From Burkholderiales bacterium (GTDB lineage: Bacteria; Pseudomonadota; Gammaproteobacteria; Burkholderiales; Burkholderiaceae_C), in assembly GCA_038204775.1 (NCBI GenBank), contig JBBRCN010000009.1, positions 5,489 to 69,488 on the forward strand: a stretch of 64,000 nt of DNA, given 5' to 3'. The notes below the pieces were generated by a model. It worked only from the letters and a program-made list of their open reading frames with translations. It did no database searches and was not told the origin of the DNA. This document shows positions 58,078 through 64,000 of this stretch, one piece after another (the stretch's first letter is position 1; each line of letters starts with the position of its first letter). The translations under genes were made by a program, and so were the position numbers.

Positions 58078-58791
58078 ATGAGGTACCAGGACTACCAGGA
58101 CGTCGGTGCATCACCAGACAAGGCGACTTTCGAAGAGCGCCTGCTTCAGGTCGCCCAGAAAATGGACTTCGGCATCGTCTGTGCTGCGTTGGCCGTGGAC
58201 CAGCCCGGAGAGAAGCCCCTGTTCGTGATGATCGGCAACACGCCTCAGGCTTTTCTGGAGGCCTCGCGCAACTTCGAAAACGTGCAGCGCGACCCGGTGA
58301 TGCGTCGGCTCAAGTCCACCAACAGGCCCTTTGTCTACGACCAGTCGCTTTACATCGAAGAAGACGCTGCCGACCTGTGGGAAGAGCAGGCACCCTATGG
58401 TTACCGCACGGGCATCTCGATGGCCCTGCACATGCCGGCCGGGCGCCACTTTCTACTGGGTGTGGACCGCGAATCGCCACTGCCTTCAGAAGACCAAGCG
58501 CTGACCCGCCTGATGGCCGACCTGCAACTGCTGGCCGTCTATGCACAAGAGACGGCAGTGCGCGTGCTGATGCCTGACGCCAAACCGCAGTCGCCCATGC
58601 CGCACCTGACGCAGCGCGAGCGCGAGGTGCTGCAGTGGACACGCGAGGGCAAATCCGCCTGGTCGGTGGGCCAGATCCTGTCCATGAGCGAACACACGGT
58701 GAACTACCACCTGCGCAATGCCATGCGCAAACTGGGCGTGTCCAGCAAGCACATCGCGATCTTGAAGGCACAGTCCCTGGGCCTGATCTAG
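58078..58791 (+). CDS. LuxR-family solo regulator (autoinducer-binding domain + HTH)
   Basis: RDPVM, YRTG, LTQREREVLQW..EGKS..VGQIL.MSEHTVNYHL.NA.RKLG; no luxI in window. Confidence 0.93.
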   Translation: MRYQDYQDVGASPDKATFEERLLQVAQKMDFGIVCAALAVDQPGEKPLFVMIGNTPQAFLEASRNFENVQRDPVMRRLKSTNRPFVYDQSLYIEEDAADLWEEQAPYGYRTGISMALHMPAGRHFLLGVDRESPLPSEDQALTRLMADLQLLAVYAQETAVRVLMPDAKPQSPMPHLTQREREVLQWTREGKSAWSVGQILSMSEHTVNYHLRNAMRKLGVSSKHIAILKAQSLGLI

Positions 58792-58924
58792 GCCTGTCGC
58801 TGCCGCCTGTCACAATGGTGTGACCTTGTCAAGCTACAAAGGCACACGGCTACCAAACCCCCCTTTGTCTTGGTGAAATCAGGTTTGTGGCTTTTGAAAG
58901 CCGTTACCCCACCTGGAGATCACC

Positions 58925-58999
58925 ATGACCTATTCCACAAACTCCTCTTTCCCCCGTGGCGGCTGGGGCGCAGTGCTGGACTGGCTGTTCGGCGCCTGA
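58925..58999 (+). CDS. Small peptide ORF MTYSTNSSFPRGGWGAVLDWLFGA (24 aa)
   Basis: GGAG at 58915-58918, 6 nt before ATG; sits in otherwise non-coding, AT-richer DNA; below ORF-track length cutoff. Confidence 0.6.
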   Translation: MTYSTNSSFPRGGWGAVLDWLFGA

Positions 59000-59046
59000 G
59001 CCGGGCCTGAAGCCAAAGCCTGGACTGATCCCGAGCGCTGGCGCGC

Positions 59047-60213
59047 TCATTTCAGCGCAGCACTCTTGAGGGTGCGCGCCACAAACACCACGGCCACTGC
59101 GGCCAGCACCACACAAACCGCAGTGGCCTGTGTCACGTCTGGCCAAGCCAGCACTTCGCCCTTGAGCACACGGCCCATCAGCGTGGTCTGAGCCAGGGCC
59201 GGCACCCACAGGTGCCAAGGTGCCGTGCCTTCCTGGTTGAACACCGTCACCAGCGGCAGCAGCGACACCACCAGCAGCACCACCGTGGCGTTGGCTTGTG
59301 CTTCCTTGAAGCTCTTGCAGCGGATCGCAATGGCCATCAGCACCGCCGCCAGGGCCCCCGCCAGCGGCAGCAACAAGGCGATGAAAACTGCCGCCTCGCC
59401 CACACCAAAACGGAACATCGCGGCCAGCGCCTCGCTGCGCAGCAGCCACTGCGCGGGCAGGAAACTCAGACACGACAGCACGGCGATCAACAGGGCGACG
59501 CTGGTCACCGCGCCCCATTTGCCCAGCACCAGCGCCATCCGCGGTGCCGGGTTCATCAGCAGCGGCTCCAGCGAGCCGCGCTCGCGTTCACCGGCCGTGG
59601 TGTCCAGCGCCGCGTTGAGTGCGCCGTAGAGCACTGCCATCAGCACGAAGAAGGGAACCATGGTGGCCAGCTGCGCGGCACGCGTGGCCGGGTCGGCCAG
59701 GTCGCGCTCTTGCACACGCACCGTCTCCAGCGCGGCCGGTGCCACACCGCGAACCGCAAGCCGCAGGGTGGCCTGTTCCTGGTTGAAGGCCCGCAGCAGG
59801 CGAAGCAACGGGCCGGTGCCCGTGTTCGCACGCTGGTTGGCGGCGCTGCTCACCACTTCCAGCAGGGGCGGTTCACCGCGCGCCAGGTCGGCTTCAAATG
59901 TGGCGGGCACCAGCAGCACAGGCTCGCCGAGCTTGTTGTCGCGCAGGGCCTGCTCGTAGTCGGCCGGTGCGGCGCGCACGGTGTAGGTCTGGCGCTGCAA
60001 GAAATTGTGCAGCGTGGGCGCGTGTTCGATGCCTACCACCACCAGTTCTCGCGCCTCGGCCCGCTTTTCGATGCCGGCCACCAGGTTGCTGATGAGCACC
60101 AGCACCAAAGGCCCGATGGCCACCGAACTGAGCAGCACCATCATCAGCGTGCGGCGGTCGCGCAGTGCGTCGATCAGTTCCTTCAGGTAGACGCTCCAGG
60201 CGGCGGCGATCAT
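59047..60213 (-). CDS. ABC-2 type exporter permease (NatB-like)
   Basis: KELIDALRDRRT, DTTAGERERGSLEPLL, KSFKEAQ. Confidence 0.9.
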   Translation of the reverse strand: MIAAAWSVYLKELIDALRDRRTLMMVLLSSVAIGPLVLVLISNLVAGIEKRAEARELVVVGIEHAPTLHNFLQRQTYTVRAAPADYEQALRDNKLGEPVLLVPATFEADLARGEPPLLEVVSSAANQRANTGTGPLLRLLRAFNQEQATLRLAVRGVAPAALETVRVQERDLADPATRAAQLATMVPFFVLMAVLYGALNAALDTTAGERERGSLEPLLMNPAPRMALVLGKWGAVTSVALLIAVLSCLSFLPAQWLLRSEALAAMFRFGVGEAAVFIALLLPLAGALAAVLMAIAIRCKSFKEAQANATVVLLVVSLLPLVTVFNQEGTAPWHLWVPALAQTTLMGRVLKGEVLAWPDVTQATAVCVVLAAVAVVFVARTLKSAALK

Positions 60214-60992
60214 CGGGTGGCTCCTGTGGCCGGCCCGGCAACAGGTGTTGCATCGAAGGCCAGTTGAACGAAGGTGTCTTCGAAGTCGCTGCTGCCAGCC
60301 TGCGCCATCAGCTGCTGCACGCTGCCGCTGGCCACGGTGCGGCCCCGGGCCACCACCACCACGTGGTCACACAGGCGTTCCACCTCTTGCATGATGTGGG
60401 TCGAAAAAATGATGCACTTGCCCTGGTCATCACGAAGCCGGCGCAGGGCCTCGCGCAGCGCGCGGGTTGCCAGCACGTCCAGGCCATTGGTGGGTTCGTC
60501 CAGCACGATGTTGGCCGGGTCGTGCACCAGCGCCCGGGCCAGCGCGGTTTTCATCCGTTCACCCTGGCTGAAACCTTCGGTGCGGCGGTCCAACAGCGGT
60601 TTCATCTCCAGCACGGCAGCCAGCACATCGGCGCGGGCCGATGCGGCAGCGGTGCTCATGCCGTGCAGTCGGCCGAAGTAGACGATGTTCTCGCGCGCCG
60701 TCAGCCGCGGGTACAGGCCACGGGCGTCGCTGAGCATGCCCATGCGGGCCAGCGCCTGGCTGGGCTGCTGCGCCACGTCGATGCCATCCACGCGGATGCG
60801 GCCGGCATCGGGCTCGATCAGCGCTGCGGCCATGCGCAGCGTGCTCGTCTTGCCCGCGCCATTGGCGCCCAGCAAGCCGGTGATGGCACCGTTGGCCGCC
60901 GTGAAGTCCACACCCGCCACGGCGGGCACCACCCGTTGCTGGCGCCCACGCCCGACGGTGAAGGCCTTGAAGAGTTGCTGCACTTCGATCAT
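60210..60992 (-). CDS. ABC exporter ATP-binding protein (NatA-like)
   Basis: GANGAGKTS, FSQGERMK, LDEPTNGLD, FSTHIMQEV. Confidence 0.92.
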   Translation of the reverse strand: MIEVQQLFKAFTVGRGRQQRVVPAVAGVDFTAANGAITGLLGANGAGKTSTLRMAAALIEPDAGRIRVDGIDVAQQPSQALARMGMLSDARGLYPRLTARENIVYFGRLHGMSTAAASARADVLAAVLEMKPLLDRRTEGFSQGERMKTALARALVHDPANIVLDEPTNGLDVLATRALREALRRLRDDQGKCIIFSTHIMQEVERLCDHVVVVARGRTVASGSVQQLMAQAGSSDFEDTFVQLAFDATPVAGPATGATR

Positions 60993-62458
60993 GGCGCCAC
61001 CCCCAGCCCTGGCGGCACAAACGCACCCGGGCGCGGCATGCCCTGGGCACAGCTGGCGTCCACCTGCAGCGCCAGTTCGTCGGTGTCGGCATCGATGAAG
61101 CGGAACAGCACGTCGCGCATGCAGGCCAGCCCCATCACGCCATGGCCGGCTTGCGGCACCACCACGTGGCGCGCCTTCGCTCCCAGCAACTTCGTGATGC
61201 GCTCACCGTGGCGTGGCGGTGTCACCGGGTCGGCGCCGCCCGACAGCACCAGCGTAGCCGACGGCGCCGTTGGCACCTGGTAGAAGGCCACCGGCACTTC
61301 GCCACGGGGCCACTGCGCGCACACCTGCTGGTACAGCGTGGACAGGCCACTGCCGAAGTCAGCACCCGGTGCATCGGTGCTTTGCGCCAGGCGCGGCAGG
61401 TCTTCTGCACACACCACCGAGTAGTGCATGCCTTCGCTCATGCGCCCGGCGCTGCGCGAACCCAGTGCAGAGGCCAGACCCATCAGCGGCTCGAACCGCC
61501 CGCGTGCGCCTTGGCTGATGGCCAGCGGCAAGGCAGAGGCCAGCACCGGCGCGTACAGCGGCGCGCGCACCAGGCCCAGCACCAGGTCACGGGTGATCGT
61601 CAGCTTCTCAGCCGCGCCCGTCAGCGGGTGCTGCACGGTCGCTTCCCGCGGCAGGCTGGCCAGCAACGACCGCCAGTCGGCCGCCAGCAATGGCCAGCGT
61701 CTGGCACAACCCGGCTCGGCCTGACAGGCCGCCAGGACCGCGTCGATGGCGGCCTGGGCGTCGGTGGACATCGCAGCGGGCATCACCATGTCGGGCGGCG
61801 CCACGCCGTCGATGACCAGACGCCGCACCGCGGCCGGGAACTGCCGCATGTATTCCAGCGCCGCGCGTGTGCCGTAGGAGCCGCCCACGACGTTGACCTG
61901 CGCCAGGCCCAAAGCCTGGCGCACGGCATCGGCGTCTTGCATGGCCACCGTGGTGGTGTAGTGGCGCAGGTCGCCGTGCGGCAGGGTCTTCAACTGCGCC
62001 ATGCAGGCCAGCACACGTGCCACCTGCTGCGCCGTGTCGATGCTGTCGGCCATGGGCGCAGCCGGCGCCAGTTCGGGGCACAGCAGCGGTGCCGTGCGGC
62101 CGGTGCCACGCTGGTCGATCAGTACGACGTCGCGCCGATAGGCCAGGCGGGTCAGCATGCGGGACACGGGGCCGCCCAGGTCCATCGCACTCTGGCCAGG
62201 GCCGCCGGCAAAAAACAGCACCGGGTCGGGCTTGCGGTTGCGCGCCAGCGCGGGCAGCACGGCGTAGTGCACGTCGATGCGGGTACCCGTGGGCTGAGCG
62301 GGGTCCAGCGGCCGGCTCAGCACGCCGCACAGCGCGTCGTGCTCCACGCCCAGCAGGCGGCAGGGTTTGAGACCGGGCCGGGTCTCGGCCGCCAGGCCGG
62401 GGCCTGCGACAAGGGCCATGGCGGCCGCAGCAAGGCCAAAGACGAAGAGAGGTTTCAT
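60989..62458 (-). CDS. Secreted alpha/beta hydrolase, peptidase S33/TAP-like
   Basis: Signal peptide; AGGPGQS, DQRGTG, GGSYGT nucleophile, DPVTPP, GHG. Confidence 0.9.
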   Translation of the reverse strand: MKPLFVFGLAAAAMALVAGPGLAAETRPGLKPCRLLGVEHDALCGVLSRPLDPAQPTGTRIDVHYAVLPALARNRKPDPVLFFAGGPGQSAMDLGGPVSRMLTRLAYRRDVVLIDQRGTGRTAPLLCPELAPAAPMADSIDTAQQVARVLACMAQLKTLPHGDLRHYTTTVAMQDADAVRQALGLAQVNVVGGSYGTRAALEYMRQFPAAVRRLVIDGVAPPDMVMPAAMSTDAQAAIDAVLAACQAEPGCARRWPLLAADWRSLLASLPREATVQHPLTGAAEKLTITRDLVLGLVRAPLYAPVLASALPLAISQGARGRFEPLMGLASALGSRSAGRMSEGMHYSVVCAEDLPRLAQSTDAPGADFGSGLSTLYQQVCAQWPRGEVPVAFYQVPTAPSATLVLSGGADPVTPPRHGERITKLLGAKARHVVVPQAGHGVMGLACMRDVLFRFIDADTDELALQVDASCAQGMPRPGAFVPPGLGVAP

Positions 62459-62563
62459 GGCCGCGATTCTGGCCGGCAGCCAACGGCAGCGCCGCCGACA
62501 GCGGGCCGTTGGTCAGCCGGGCTGCATGAACGGCAGCGGCGGCGGATGAGGCGCCAGAGCCGC

Positions 62564-62929
62564 TCAGGCCAGCAGGCGCTTCAACTCGCCGCTGTCGATC
62601 AGACGCCCCAGATCGTCAGCACCGCCCACCAGCGCGCCCTTGACAAAAACCATCGGCATCGTCGGCCATCCGGTCCACATCTTCAGCGCATTGCGCCGGC
62701 GCCATTCGCTGAGGTAACCGCCGTATTCGAGGTAGGAATGGGCAACACCGGCCGCATCCAACGCCTTGCGTGCCTTGCGACAAAAAGGGTTCTGGCGCAT
62801 GCCAACCACGACGACCGCGTGGTCGGCCATGGCCGACTGAACCTCTTTGACGATCTCTTGCTGGTAGGACGCCACGCGCTCGCGCACGGCGGGGTGGATG
62901 TGGCTTTCGTCGAGAACGGGGCGAGGCAT
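62564..62929 (-). CDS. Glutaredoxin-like protein
   Basis: NPFC, WTGWPTMPMVFVKG.LVGGAD. Confidence 0.88.
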   Translation of the reverse strand: MPRPVLDESHIHPAVRERVASYQQEIVKEVQSAMADHAVVVVGMRQNPFCRKARKALDAAGVAHSYLEYGGYLSEWRRRNALKMWTGWPTMPMVFVKGALVGGADDLGRLIDSGELKRLLA

Positions 62930-63009
62930 GGTGAACTCCAGTTTTGGCGCAGTATGGGTCAGCGCCAGCACAAGACCCCAGAATTCCGCCACCTGCCCAC
63001 ATCCAACCC

Positions 63010-64000
63010 ATGAGCGAACTCGGCCCCTCACCCCTGACCAGCGGCAACGAACTGCCGGTGGCCGCCGCGCGCGCAGCCATCGCCAGTGCCTTGCGGCCTG
63101 TCACGGGCACCGAGACCGTGGCGCTGCGCGACGCGCTGTCGCGTGTGCTGTCATCCGACGTGGTGTCACCCATCGCGGTGCCGGCCAACGACAACTCGGC
63201 GATGGACGGCTACGCCCTGCGCGGCGCCAATCTGCTGGCCGACCAGCCCACCGCGCTGCGCGCCCTGCCCGGGGCCGTGTTTGCAGGCGCTGCCGATGGC
63301 GGCACCCTGGGCGCGGGCGAGTGTGTGCGCATCATGACTGGCGCCGTGATGCCGTTGGGCGCGGACACCGTCGTGCCCATCGAGCTGTGCCTGGTTGACG
63401 GTCAGCTGGTGACGTTGCAAGCCGGTGTACTGCGCGCCGGCGACAACCGCCGCCAACGCGGCGAAGACCTGGCCCTGGGTGGTGTGGCGCTGGCCGCTGG
63501 CCGCGTCTTGCGGCCGGCGGACCTGGGCCTGCTGGCCTCACTGGGCTTGAGCACCGCCACCGTGCGGCGCCGCTTGCGCGTGGCGCTGTTTTCCACCGGC
63601 GACGAACTGTGCACACCCGGCCAGCCACTGGGCCCGGGCCAGATCTACGACAGCAACCGCTACAGCCTGCTGGGTGCACTGCACCGCCTGGGCATAGACG
63701 TGTTGGACCTGGGCCTGGTGCCGGACGACCCCGTCCAGCTGCAATCCGCCATCGACCGCGCCATCGCAGAAGCCGACGCCGTGGTGACCAGCGGTGGCGT
63801 GAGCATGGGCGACGCCGACTACATCCGCGAGCTGCTGGCCAAACGCGGCGAAGTGGCGTTCTGGCAAGTGGCCATGCGGCCCGGACGGCACTTTGCATTC
63901 GGGCCGCTGCACGGTGAAGCCGGCAAGACCGCTTACCTGTTCGCCCTGCCCGGCAACCCGGTGGCCGCGCTCGTCACCTTCTACGCCTTTGTGCACGATG
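63010..64000 (+). CDS. moeA: Molybdopterin molybdotransferase, 3'-truncated by window edge
   Basis: Translated by hand from ATG 63010: DNSAMDGYAL, RIMTGA, FSTGDEL, YDSNRY, TSGGVSMGDAD, LPGNPV. Confidence 0.95.
   Translation, partial: MSELGPSPLTSGNELPVAAARAAIASALRPVTGTETVALRDALSRVLSSDVVSPIAVPANDNSAMDGYALRGANLLADQPTALRALPGAVFAGAADGGTLGAGECVRIMTGAVMPLGADTVVPIELCLVDGQLVTLQAGVLRAGDNRRQRGEDLALGGVALAAGRVLRPADLGLLASLGLSTATVRRRLRVALFSTGDELCTPGQPLGPGQIYDSNRYSLLGALHRLGIDVLDLGLVPDDPVQLQSAIDRAIAEADAVVTSGGVSMGDADYIRELLAKRGEVAFWQVAMRPGRHFAFGPLHGEAGKTAYLFALPGNPVAALVTFYAFVHD

Noticed and set aside
58078-58791. Classical AHL LuxI/LuxR quorum-sensing pair
   Set aside because: There is no AHL synthase in the window and the key aromatic AHL-contact residues appear substituted.
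1257-63996. Many long antisense or alternative-frame ORFs (e.g. 1257-3110, 13420-15012, 24525-26291, 55070-56782, 61142-63013)
   Set aside because: They are shadows of well-supported genes in high-GC DNA, with no recognisable motifs.

Overview
High-GC betaproteobacterial chromosome segment (Burkholderiales, Rubrivivax/Ideonella-like by gene content), probably near the origin because it carries mnmG-rsmG-parA-parB and two intragenic parS sites. Most of it is housekeeping: putA/putR, yggS, pilT/pilU, the yraN/rsmI cluster, tldD, ilvA, a DAHP synthase, yeaG/yeaH/ycgB, ydcSTUV-patD, argC and moeA. I saw no rRNA, tRNA, CRISPR array, transposase or prophage. The most interesting features are missing from the ORF track. 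(1) At 57.3-59.0 kb a LuxR solo with a non-AHL ligand pocket is flanked by two related 20-bp lux-box-like operators. One precedes a DUF4902-like gene and the other a structured, terminator-bounded ~145-nt sRNA candidate. A 24-aa peptide ORF with a strong RBS follows luxR, next to an ABC exporter/secreted hydrolase operon. (2) A Tyr/Phe/Trp-rich leader-peptide attenuator, apparently leaderless, lies upstream of the DAHP synthase. (3) An ECF sigma factor and a Ser/Thr kinase flank a lipoprotein with three Cys-paired repeats. (4) A membrane-anchored Bro-N-like protein sits directly upstream of parB. Smaller signals are a REP-like repeat family clustered around pilT/pilU, several short tandem amplifications at gene ends and many apparently leaderless genes. 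All calls come from reading the sequence and recognising motifs; no database searches were run.
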